Of a DNA stretch of 54,861 nucleotides, positions 1-8,109 are shown piece after piece. Position 1 is the stretch's first letter. Each line of letters begins with the position of its first letter. The stretch is from Anaerolineae bacterium (GTDB lineage Bacteria > Chloroflexota > Anaerolineae > CG2-30-64-16), in contig JAPKMS010000112.1 of the NCBI GenBank assembly GCA_026645775.1, positions 1 through 54,861 of the forward strand. The letters run 5' to 3'. The position numbers and the translations under genes are program-made. Below the pieces are notes generated by a model, which saw only the letters and a list, made by a program, of their open reading frames with translations, made no database searches and had not been told where the DNA came from.

Positions 1-103
1 GATGGGGCTGAAGAAGGAAGACTTCGTCGACGGCGTCATCGACATCGTCACGGCCAGCGATTTCATGGACATGTCTGCGGGCGCGCAGGTTATCTTTATC
101 TAG
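1..103 (+). CDS. 3' end of an unidentified CDS that starts upstream of the window
   Basis: Frame 2 is open from the window edge: ...GLKKEDFVDGVIDIVTASDFMDMSAGAQVIFI, with stop TAG at 101-103. No family recognised. Confidence 0.3.
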   Translation, partial: MGLKKEDFVDGVIDIVTASDFMDMSAGAQVIFI

Positions 104-149
104 TTGATCATCAGGCAACCCTGACTGGGTCACGCCGGCATCCTTCGCG

Positions 150-356
150 TTGCCGCGGCCGCTGGGACTTGGCTTGTGCTGGGTGGACGAGTTGCGCCTG
201 AAAGGCCTGCTGCTGTATGTGGCCGTTGCCCCTGGCTCGGTGGCGTATCTGCGTTTTCACGGCCGCAAAGCCGTCAAGTGGTATAACCACGACCAGGTCT
301 GGGAGCACCACAGCTACACCTATCCGGTGGCAGAGCTGCCGGAATGGGCATCGTAG
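150..356 (+). pseudogene. Remnant of a DUF72 (COG1801) family gene
   Basis: The 68-aa ORF contains AYLRFHGRKAVKW...YTYPVAELPEWA, which resembles the DUF72 block YvRfHGRn..W...YdYlYs.eEL.EW. The N-terminal ~150 aa expected for the family are absent. The ORF stops at a GC hairpin at 356-385. Confidence 0.35.
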
Positions 357-484
357 ATCCGGGGGTTCGCGCCCCCGGCGGATCCATGATCCGCTGGGCT
401 GTGGCCCACAACGCTGCCGGATCACGGATCCGGCTTGAGCTGGAAACCACGGAAAGATCTACACCGACAGGCTGCTGGTCTACT

Positions 485-1792
485 TCAATAACCACCAAAC
501 GAGCGATGCTGTTGAGGAATCCCCCAGAGAGTGGGCACATCGGGCAGCACCTGCACGAGCACCAGGGCATCCGCCTCCAGCGTCTCTACCCCTTCGGGGA
601 TTTTGACATAACCTTCGCAATTGGCCATGGACCGGAGGCGGTTTGGGCCCTTGCCGGGACTAAACCACAACTTGCCGTCGTTCCACTCAAAGCGGCCCTC
701 GATGAACTGCGTCCAGTCCTGCTGCCCTGAGACGGCCGCCTTCAGGCGCGCCGGCCGCGCTGGCAGGCCGGGATGAGGGCAGCCCATCAGCCGGTGCAGG
801 CCGGGCAAGGCGAGCTGAAGGAAGGCCATCTGGTTCGACGCTGGGCCGCCCGGCAGGATGAAGACCGGCTTGCCCTGCCAGATGCCGAAGCCCGCGCCCT
901 TGCCTGGCCCCAACCGGACCCGGTGATAGACCTTGCGCCACCCCAGTTCTGCCAGGGTTCCGGCGACCAGGTCGTGTTCCCCGCTCCAGGCGCCGCCGCT
1001 GGTAATCACGGCATCGTTCTCTGCCAGTGCGTCCAGCAGCGCCGCGGCCAGGATGGCCGGGTCGTCTGCGGCGACGGTCCCGGACGTCGCCATGCCGAAG
1101 TGCCGGCACCAGGCGGCCACCGTGGCCAGATTGCTGGCGAAGACCTGGCCGGTCTCCAGGCGTCGCGCGGTGCCAGACAGGCTCCCAGGCGTGGCTGCAG
1201 GCAGCCCCAGGCCGACCACCTCATTCCCCGTGGCGACGATGCCGACGCGCGGCCGCCGCACGACCGGAACCTCACTGTAGCCGGCTGCCGCGAGCAGGCC
1301 TACCTGCGCAGGCCGTAAAACAGTTCCCGCCGGGATGATGCATTGCCCCGCGGCCAACTCGCTGCCGCGACGCATCACATTGCGCCCGGCGGCCGCATCG
1401 GCTAGCGCGATGACGCGCGCCCCATCGCGCAGGGCGAACTCCTCTGCCAGGACGGCATCGGCGCCTGCGGGCAGCGGTGCGCCGCTCAGGATGCGGACGG
1501 CCGTGCCCGGGCTAACCTGGCCGGCAAAGACCCCTCCCGCTGCCACCTGGCCGGCCAGGCGCAGGGGCACGGGGTGGTCGGGGGCAGCCTGGGCTACGTC
1601 GGCCGACTGCACGGCGTAGCCGTCCTTTAACGAGACGTCGGTGGTCGGCGCGTTATCCTGGGCGGTCAGGTCCTGTGCAGTCACGCGGCCAGTGAGATCC
1701 CACAGAGGCGCCATTTCGGCGGGCTGCAGGGGTTCGAGGGCAGCCAGGGTGGCCGCCAGCGCGTCCTCATAGCCGATCATCATCTCTGTCAT
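485..1792 (-). CDS. moeA: Molybdopterin molybdenumtransferase MoeA
   Basis: 435 aa. MoeA-type blocks are present (SLKDGYAV, GTAVRILSGAPLPAGADAV, ITSGGAWSGEHDLV, FILPGGPAS). Last gene of the padR-nifX-mrp-moeA string. Confidence 0.9.
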   Translation of the reverse strand: MTEMMIGYEDALAATLAALEPLQPAEMAPLWDLTGRVTAQDLTAQDNAPTTDVSLKDGYAVQSADVAQAAPDHPVPLRLAGQVAAGGVFAGQVSPGTAVRILSGAPLPAGADAVLAEEFALRDGARVIALADAAAGRNVMRRGSELAAGQCIIPAGTVLRPAQVGLLAAAGYSEVPVVRRPRVGIVATGNEVVGLGLPAATPGSLSGTARRLETGQVFASNLATVAAWCRHFGMATSGTVAADDPAILAAALLDALAENDAVITSGGAWSGEHDLVAGTLAELGWRKVYHRVRLGPGKGAGFGIWQGKPVFILPGGPASNQMAFLQLALPGLHRLMGCPHPGLPARPARLKAAVSGQQDWTQFIEGRFEWNDGKLWFSPGKGPNRLRSMANCEGYVKIPEGVETLEADALVLVQVLPDVPTLWGIPQQHRSFGGY

Positions 1793-1858
1793 GGAAGCAC
1801 TCTCAGCGCTGGAACACGGATGACGCCAATGGGCTCTATTACGACGGTCATGCGCAGT

Positions 1859-2932
1859 TCACGTCCCCGGCAGCACGGGTTTGCGTGCACCCGGTGCCAG
1901 CGCAACGATTTGCTCCGCGACCGCACCGAAGTTGTTCTCCGCGTAGGTTTCGATTTCGCCCCGGTCGCACAGTGAGGCGATCTGCGGGTCAAGGGGCAGG
2001 CGGCCCAACAAGGGCACGCCCAGCCAGTCGGCCATGTTCTGCGCCTGGCTGGGGCCGAAGATCTCGTGCTGCTTGCCGGTGTCCGGGCAGACGAAATAGC
2101 TCATGTTCTCCACCAACCCCAGCAGCGGCACGTCCACCTGCGCCACCATGTGCGCGGCCTTGCGCACCACCATCCGAGACAGGTCTTGCGGCGAAGTGAC
2201 CAGGATGACGCCGCTCATCGGCAGCGATTGCAGCACCGTCAGCGAGGCGTCTGATGTGCCCGGCGGCAGGTCCACCACCAGGTAATCGAGCTCGCCCCAC
2301 AGCACTTCGGACCAGAACTGGCGGATCGCGCCGCTGATCAACGGCCCGCGCCAGATCACGGCCTGATCTTCGCTCTCCAGCAGCAGGTTGATGGACATCA
2401 CGCGGATGCCGGTGCGCGTTTCCGCCGGCAGGATCGCGAGGGGACTCGAATCGGCGCGCACACCGCTGGGGAAGAACATCTTGGGGATGCTGGGGCCGGT
2501 GATGTCGGCATCCAGCACGCCCACCTGGTAGCCGCTGCGGCGCAGGCTGACTGCCAGCAGCCCGGTGATCAGCGACTTGCCCACGCCGCCCTTGCCGCTC
2601 ATCACCGCGATGACGTGCTTGACGTGGTTGAGCTTCTCTGCCAGCCCTTCCTGCGCCTGGCCACCTTGCAGCTTGGCCCGATCCTGCGCAGTCATCTCGC
2701 CCAGCGCGATCTCGACGGACTGGACGCCGTCCAGGGCGAGGGCCGCCTCTCTGGCAGCCGTCGTGATCTGGTCTCGCAGCGGGCAGGCCAGGATGGTCAA
2801 GGCCAGCGTGAACGTCACCTTGCCAGCGGCTACCCGGAGATCGCGCACCATGCCCAGGTCGACGATACTGCGCTGCAGCTCTGGGTCGATCACGTGAGCT
2901 AAAGCCCGAAGAACGTCTGTTTCTGTGACCAT
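1859..2932 (-). CDS. mrp: Mrp/NBP35/ApbC-family Fe-S cluster carrier ATPase
   Basis: 357 aa. N-terminal DUF59-like segment (VIDPELQRSIVDLGMV), deviant Walker A MSGKGGVGKS, and the C-terminal CPxxG segment YFVCPDTGK. Confidence 0.9.
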   Translation of the reverse strand: MVTETDVLRALAHVIDPELQRSIVDLGMVRDLRVAAGKVTFTLALTILACPLRDQITTAAREAALALDGVQSVEIALGEMTAQDRAKLQGGQAQEGLAEKLNHVKHVIAVMSGKGGVGKSLITGLLAVSLRRSGYQVGVLDADITGPSIPKMFFPSGVRADSSPLAILPAETRTGIRVMSINLLLESEDQAVIWRGPLISGAIRQFWSEVLWGELDYLVVDLPPGTSDASLTVLQSLPMSGVILVTSPQDLSRMVVRKAAHMVAQVDVPLLGLVENMSYFVCPDTGKQHEIFGPSQAQNMADWLGVPLLGRLPLDPQIASLCDRGEIETYAENNFGAVAEQIVALAPGARKPVLPGT

Positions 2933-2948
2933 GTTTCAGCCTCGCGTG

Positions 2949-3353
2949 TTAGTGGCCTGCGTGGTGGCCGTGGTCATGCTCGTCGCCACAGTTGTGCTCG
3001 CCGTGCTCCTGGCAAGGCGCGGCGCCGGCGAGTTGGCCCTGCAAGAAGGCCTGGATGGCCTGGCGCACGGTTCCGGACGCGCCCGTTACCGCTTGGATGT
3101 CATAATGCTGGAAGAAAGCGGCCGCCCGGGCCCCCATTCCCCCGGTGAGCATGACGTCGGCGCCCTGGCTGTGGATGAAAGCCGGCACTTGCCCCGGTTC
3201 GTGGTTTGGAAAGTACGGGTTGGCCACGGCTTGGTCGGCGTTGATCTGCCCGTCCGCTACTTCCACCAGGGTGAAGTAAGGGGAGCCCCCGAAATGGCCA
3301 CTCACCGGCGCGTCCAGGCCGGCGTTCGTCTCTGCGGAAACTGCGATACGCAT
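2949..3353 (-). CDS. NifB/NifX-type (dinitrogenase FeMo-cofactor-binding fold) protein with a Cys/His-rich tail
   Basis: MRIAVSAE...SGHFGGSPYFTLVEV...VMLTGGMGARAAAFF matches the NifX/NafY-like fold. The tail is CQEHGEHNCGDEHDHGHHAGH. Start taken at the internal ATG at 3353, which abuts the padR stop. Confidence 0.7.
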   Translation of the reverse strand: MRIAVSAETNAGLDAPVSGHFGGSPYFTLVEVADGQINADQAVANPYFPNHEPGQVPAFIHSQGADVMLTGGMGARAAAFFQHYDIQAVTGASGTVRQAIQAFLQGQLAGAAPCQEHGEHNCGDEHDHGHHAGH

Positions 3354-3354
3354 G

Positions 3355-3762
3355 TTATCTCTCTCCTGATTGTGTGGTGTAGGCTCGAATAAACTGATCA
3401 ATCTCGTCACGCGTGGCGCGCAGGTCGCTGATCCATGCGGCCAGGTACTCCGCGCCGTCCGGCGTCACGGTATAAACGCGCCGCGGGGCCCCGGAGCCGG
3501 TCGTGTCCCACTGTGAGCTGACCCAACCGGCCTGCTCCATCTCACGCAAGATACGGTAGATCACGCTGGCATCCACCGTGCCCGGTGCGAAGCCGAACTG
3601 GCGCAGCGCCTCCAGCAGCCCATAACCGTGGGTCGCGTCCCCGCGCAACAACAGCAGCAGGCACGGCTCCAGGAAGCGCGCAATGCGCCGCGGGCATGCG
3701 CTGCCGCCGAAGCCACCGCCTGGTTCCCAGTGTCCTCTTGGCATAGTCTTCACCTCCGCCAT
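3355..3762 (-). CDS. PadR-family transcriptional regulator
   Basis: 135 aa. HGYGLLEALRQFGF...VIYRILREMEQAGWVSSQWD...RRVYTVTPDGAEYL is the PadR winged-helix signature. Confidence 0.85.
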   Translation of the reverse strand: MAEVKTMPRGHWEPGGGFGGSACPRRIARFLEPCLLLLLRGDATHGYGLLEALRQFGFAPGTVDASVIYRILREMEQAGWVSSQWDTTGSGAPRRVYTVTPDGAEYLAAWISDLRATRDEIDQFIRAYTTQSGER

Positions 3763-3867
3763 ACCTCAATCTGCCGGACCTGAGCATATCACCCTATGTG
3801 CATGATGTCAATAAAGACGAGAGGTATACATGATTAGGTAGGCGCCCCAAGCTTCCTGTTGTATGTT

Positions 3868-3912
3868 TTGTCAAGTATATTGGTTGACAATATTATACAG
3901 TCGTGATATTGT
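3868..3912 (+). promoter_or_regulatory. Candidate operator dyad overlapping a sigma70-like promoter in the padR / cytochrome c divergent region
   Basis: Inverted repeat TTGTCAA (3868-3874), 9 nt, TTGACAA (3884-3890). TTGACA (3884-3889), 17 nt, TATTGT (3907-3912). An AT-rich patch in otherwise GC-rich DNA. Confidence 0.4.
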
Positions 3913-3948
3913 ACAACATATTAGCATAGACTTGGTGGCAAGGAGGCC

Positions 3949-4644
3949 GTGATGAAAGCATACTTGAGGTTCGCTGTGTTGCTTCTGATGGCAGGCTTGG
4001 GGCTCAGCGCCTGCCAAACGCCGCCGACGCCGGCTTCCGCTCCCACTCCCAGCATCGCGCCGACCGCGATCCTTCCCAACACCGCGCCGGTGACCATCGT
4101 CATTCCTGATCTTGATCATGGTCAGGCCGCATGGCAAACTGCGCAGTGCGCGGCCTGTCACGGCCCCCTGGCGCTGGGCGGGATCGGGCCGCAATTGGTT
4201 GCGACGAAGCTATCGTACGATGAGTTCCTGCACACGACACGGAACGCTTCCTCACACAAGCCGGCCTATGAGGAAGCCACGTTGCCCGATCAAAGCATCT
4301 ACGACATGTATGCCTGGGTGCGCACCCTGGTTCCGCAGGCCGAGGTGATGTCATCGCCGGTGATCACTCCCACCAGCCAACTGCCTGAGGTGCAAGAGAT
4401 GATGGCCATGACCATCTGGACCTGCAAAAAGTGCTCGACCTGTCATGGCGTGTTTGCCCAAGGTGGCGCATCCGGCCCTGCGTTGGCTGGGATCAATGAT
4501 CCGCTCGCCCAGGAGTTGGCGCAGATGCGCAGCACCGCCGCCACGATCACCGAACACAGCGCCGAGAACATGGCCGACGACATATTTGCGCGGGTGTACG
4601 AATGGCTCAAGGCGGGCTGCCTGCCAGGCGAGTGCTCCCAATAG
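3949..4644 (+). CDS. Dihaem c-type cytochrome lipoprotein
   Basis: Lipobox LMAGLGLSAC and two CxxCH motifs (CAACH, CSTCH). AGGAGG lies upstream. ATG at 3952 is an alternative start. Paralogue of 12910-13578. Confidence 0.8.
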   Translation: MMKAYLRFAVLLLMAGLGLSACQTPPTPASAPTPSIAPTAILPNTAPVTIVIPDLDHGQAAWQTAQCAACHGPLALGGIGPQLVATKLSYDEFLHTTRNASSHKPAYEEATLPDQSIYDMYAWVRTLVPQAEVMSSPVITPTSQLPEVQEMMAMTIWTCKKCSTCHGVFAQGGASGPALAGINDPLAQELAQMRSTAATITEHSAENMADDIFARVYEWLKAGCLPGECSQ

Positions 4645-4684
4645 TTCATCCTCTTTTTGACCTCCGAGCCGTCAAGTTTATTAG

Positions 4685-4712
4685 TTGACAAGGTCGGAAA
4701 ATCAGCTATACT
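4685..4712 (+). promoter_or_regulatory. Sigma70-like promoter upstream of the XRE-cupin regulator
   Basis: TTGACA (4685-4690), 16 nt, TATACT (4707-4712). Confidence 0.4.
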
Positions 4713-4777
4713 CACCAATGTGACTATGGTATCATAATTCCTGTCGATCTTGCTTCTGATACTTGGTTGTACCCCCT

Positions 4778-5389
4778 ATGCCGGATACCGGATTTTCCCT
4801 GGGCGCTCGACTCCGCGGCCTGCGCAAAGAGCGCGAGCTGTCGCAGCGCGGGCTGGCTGAGCTGGCTGGCCTCTCGCCCAATGCCATCTCCCTCATCGAG
4901 CGCGAGGAGATCTCGCCCAGCGTGGCCACTTTGCAGCGGCTGGCCGGCGCACTGGGCGTAAAGATGAGCTACTTTTTTGAGACCGAGACCCTGGCACGTG
5001 TCCTGCGCGTTCGCTCCGGCGAGCGGCCGGTGATCCGCGGGGCAGGGCTGACCATCGAGGGGTTGGGTGCACGGCTGGCCGACCAACAGATGGAGCCGTT
5101 CCTGATCACCCTGGCGCCGCACGCCGATATGGGGACGGGGCAAGTCGTGCATGCGGGGCACGAGTTTGTCTGCTGCCTGGCAGGCCATGTGCAGTACGAA
5201 ATTGACGGGGCGCTCTACCTGTTGGAGCCTGGAGATTTCTTGCTGTTCGAAGCGGACCTGCCGCATTGCTGGGGCAATCCCGGTGATGAGGTCGCCCGGC
5301 TACTGCTGGTGTTGCAGGCGCCCGATGGGGTGCAGGAACCGGCGCGGCGTCATTTCTCTGACTATCCTTCGGTGACGCACCTGGGCTGA
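4778..5389 (+). CDS. XRE-family HTH regulator with a C-terminal cupin domain
   Basis: LGARLRGLRKERELSQRGLAELAGLSPNAISLIEREE is an HTH_3 motif. The C-terminal GHEFVCCLAGHVQYEIDG..YLLEPGDFLLFEADLPH is a cupin motif. ATG at 4778. Confidence 0.85.
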   Translation: MPDTGFSLGARLRGLRKERELSQRGLAELAGLSPNAISLIEREEISPSVATLQRLAGALGVKMSYFFETETLARVLRVRSGERPVIRGAGLTIEGLGARLADQQMEPFLITLAPHADMGTGQVVHAGHEFVCCLAGHVQYEIDGALYLLEPGDFLLFEADLPHCWGNPGDEVARLLLVLQAPDGVQEPARRHFSDYPSVTHLG

Positions 5390-5420
5390 CCTTATACCAG
5401 GCACGATCCTGTGTTGCGCA

Positions 5421-6218
5421 GTGGATGAATCGATGGCCGAACTGCTGACCACACGGCAGGTGCAGGAGTTGCTGCACGTTGACCGTACCACGATCTACCG
5501 CCTGGTGGCAAGCGGCCAACTGTCCGCGATTCGCGTCGGCAAGCAGTGGCGGTTTACGCGCGCGGTGATCGAGTCCTTGCTGCAGCATAGCCCCGCGCCT
5601 GCCACTGTCACTGCCACTGTCACTGCCCTGACCGACAGCGACGATGCGCCGTCTTTTGCTGCGCATGTGTCGTCGGTTGGCATCCAGCAGTTGCAGGACC
5701 TGTTTGCCGAGTTGTTGGGCGTCATGCTTGTGGTGACCGATATGCAGGGACATCCACTCACCGAACCCAGCAACGCGTGCAGCTACTATCGGACTCTGAT
5801 GCAGGATGGCGGGCTTGGCCGTTTGTGCGATGAGACCTGGCCGAGACTGGCTGCCGCACTGCCCTTGAGGCCGGAGTTTGTCAGGAGCCAATTCGGGCCC
5901 CTCTGTGCGCGGGCCTTCATTCGGGTGGACAACACCTTGGAAGGCATGTTGGTTGCAGGCTGCGTTGCACCGGACACGTGGCCGCCGGCAGACGAGACGC
6001 TTGCTCTGGCAGCAAAGAAGGTTGGGATAGAGCGCGAGCAGATCGTCAGCACCTCAGAGGCGGTGTATCACTTATCAAGCGCGGATCGCGAGCGCGTTCT
6101 CAACATAATCCAGTGCATAGCGGACATCATCTCACAGATGATTGCAGATCGCTGGGCGTTAGTCCGGCGGTTGCGGGAAATCGGCTCATTGAGCCCAGAC
6201 GGGCTTGGGCGCTTGTGA
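5421..6218 (+). CDS. Excisionase/MerR-type HTH regulator with a PocR sensory domain
   Basis: LLTTRQVQELLHVDRTTIYRLVASGQLSAIRVGKQWRF is an HTH_17 motif. The PocR-like region is VVTDMQGHPLTEPSNACSYYR...LCARAFIRVDNTLEGMLVAG. ATG at 5433 is an alternative start. Confidence 0.75.
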   Translation: MDESMAELLTTRQVQELLHVDRTTIYRLVASGQLSAIRVGKQWRFTRAVIESLLQHSPAPATVTATVTALTDSDDAPSFAAHVSSVGIQQLQDLFAELLGVMLVVTDMQGHPLTEPSNACSYYRTLMQDGGLGRLCDETWPRLAAALPLRPEFVRSQFGPLCARAFIRVDNTLEGMLVAGCVAPDTWPPADETLALAAKKVGIEREQIVSTSEAVYHLSSADRERVLNIIQCIADIISQMIADRWALVRRLREIGSLSPDGLGRL

Positions 6219-6254
6219 GCATCTTGGGCCTGGCCCAATTCGGAAGGAGGTCCT

Positions 6255-6968
6255 ATGGTCAAAGGTAAGTGGTGGTGGATCATTTCCGGTGCAGGTATTG
6301 TGCTCTTGTTGGTGCTAGCGCAGCTCCATCTGCCGGCCGCACAGGCGCAATGCGGCACGCAGGCCTCTTCGTGCAAGAACTGCCACGAGGTGCAGGCCAA
6401 GGACCCGGTGAACAGCAAGGGAGCCTGGCACACCGATCACGCCTTCGGTGATTTCTGCGAGTTCTGCCATGCCGGCAACGTCCACGCGACCGACAAGGAT
6501 GCGGCGCACCAGGGGATGGTCGACTGGAATGCGGACGTGAAAGCGTCCTGTGCGAGCTGCCATGCCACCGATTATGAAGCGAAGGGGCAGACGTACGCCT
6601 CAACGTTGGGGGTGGAGCTCAATACCGGCGGTGGTGGGGCGGCGGGCACGAGCGCCACTGCGGCGATCAGCACAACGGCCGCGTGCGCCCCCCAGGGCGG
6701 TGAGGAGATCGATTACAACCTGCTCTATGCACAGCAGACCGCCCGACAGCCGTTAGTCTCCAACTGGGGCAACCTGACCCTGGGCGCGATGATCCTGGGG
6801 CTGGGCGCCGTCTTCTTCGGGACCGCCTGGACGTGGGAAGGCTGGGGCCGCAAAGTGGCCGCGTGGATCCGGAACAACGTGACACCGGTCACCCAGGCGG
6901 TGGCTGACGTGTCCAAGCGCCCCGAGGAAGCTGAAGACAGCGCCTCCGATCCCAAGAAACACGCGTAG
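6255..6968 (+). CDS. Membrane-anchored trihaem c-type cytochrome
   Basis: Signal peptide, three CxxCH motifs (CKNCH, CEFCH, CASCH), and one C-terminal TM helix (LTLGAMILGLGAVFFGTAW). Confidence 0.75.
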   Translation: MVKGKWWWIISGAGIVLLLVLAQLHLPAAQAQCGTQASSCKNCHEVQAKDPVNSKGAWHTDHAFGDFCEFCHAGNVHATDKDAAHQGMVDWNADVKASCASCHATDYEAKGQTYASTLGVELNTGGGGAAGTSATAAISTTAACAPQGGEEIDYNLLYAQQTARQPLVSNWGNLTLGAMILGLGAVFFGTAWTWEGWGRKVAAWIRNNVTPVTQAVADVSKRPEEAEDSASDPKKHA

Positions 6969-6999
6969 CTGACGCATACGAACGCACGAGGAGTACGTT

Positions 7000-7530
7000 A
7001 TGAGAGTGATCAAGCTGCTCAGAAAAAGTGAGTGGTCTCCCTATCTCGGAGGCGCCTTGTTGGGCCTATTGGCAGTGTTATCGCTGGCTTTCACCGGTCG
7101 GCTTCTGAGCGGGTCAGGTGGCTTCGAGACCCTGGGTGGGTCGATCGTCCAGGCCGTCAGCCCGGCCGCCGGGGACAACATCTACTGGAAGTTTGTGATG
7201 CCGGCCGGGATCGGCTGGAGCGTGTTCGTCCTGCTGGGGATCTTCGTGGGGGCATTGGTTGCCGCGCTGGCTGGCCGCACCTTCAAGTGGCGTGCGGTCT
7301 CGGACGATCAGTGGATTCGCATCTTTGGCCCGGCGCGTTGGAAGCGTTGGCTGGTCCTGTTCGTGGGCGCCATCCTGCTGGAATACGGCGCGGGCATCGC
7401 CGGCGGCTGCACCAGCGGGCTGGCCATCTCGGGCGGCCTGCAACTGGCGCCGTCGGCCTTCCTCTTCATCATGGGGATGTTCATGTCCGGCATTCCCACC
7501 GCCATGATCTTCTACCGCGGGAGGTATTAG
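7000..7530 (+). CDS. YeeE/YedE-family sulfur/selenium transport protein, first half
   Basis: 176 aa, polytopic. Family motif GIAGGCTSGLAISGG is present. The stop directly abuts the next gene's ATG (TAGATG). Confidence 0.85.
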   Translation: MRVIKLLRKSEWSPYLGGALLGLLAVLSLAFTGRLLSGSGGFETLGGSIVQAVSPAAGDNIYWKFVMPAGIGWSVFVLLGIFVGALVAALAGRTFKWRAVSDDQWIRIFGPARWKRWLVLFVGAILLEYGAGIAGGCTSGLAISGGLQLAPSAFLFIMGMFMSGIPTAMIFYRGRY

Positions 7531-8088
7531 ATGCTCCAGTATGTTCCGGCCCTGATAATTGGCTTCGCGTTCGGCTGGCTGCTGCAGAAGGCCGGCCTGA
7601 CCAGGTACAGTAAAATCGTGAATGTCTTCCGCTTCACCGATCTGGCCGTCCTCAAGTTCATGATGTCCGCGATGGTGGTGGGGATGATCGGGGTTTACGC
7701 CCTGAAGGATTTGGGGTTGGTCAGTCTCGTTGGCACGATGCCCACTTACATCGTGGGTAACCTGGTCGGCGGCTTGATTTTCGGCGTCGGCATGGCCGGC
7801 GCCGGCTACTGACCAGGCACCTGTGCCGCCGGCGGCGGCCAAGGCAACATCGACTATATCATCCCCGGTTTCCTGGGCTTCCTGGTTGGAGCGATCCTTT
7901 TCGGCCTGACGTACCCGACGGTGTTCCCCGCGATCTCCGCGATCGCCAATCTGGGCATGGTCTACCTGGCCGAACTGCTCAACGTCAACCATTGGCTGTT
8001 TATCGCGCTCTTCGCGCTCATGACGCTCTTTTTGTTCTATGTCCTGGAAAAGAAGGGCGGGACCCGACGGGATCGGGCTGCTGAATAA
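7531..8088 (+). CDS. YeeE/YedE-family transport protein, second half, interrupted by in-frame TGA at 7810-7812 (candidate selenocysteine, or a nonsense pseudogene)
   Basis: The 93-aa ORF ends ...GVGMAGAGY-TGA. The same frame continues PGTCAAGGGQGNIDYIIPGFLGFLVGAILFG... for 92 more codons to TAA at 8086-8088. The TGA sits where the family motif G-Y-C-P-G-T has its Cys. Confidence 0.6.
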
Positions 8089-8109
8089 CAGGCCAGGTGG
8101 AGCCAGAAG

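Noticed and set aside
5601-5627. 12-bp tandem repeat GCCACTGTCACT, about 2.25 copies
   Set aside because: It encodes the in-frame ATVTATVTA in the inter-domain linker of the HTH-PocR regulator. This is most simply a short slippage-prone linker repeat with no further signal.
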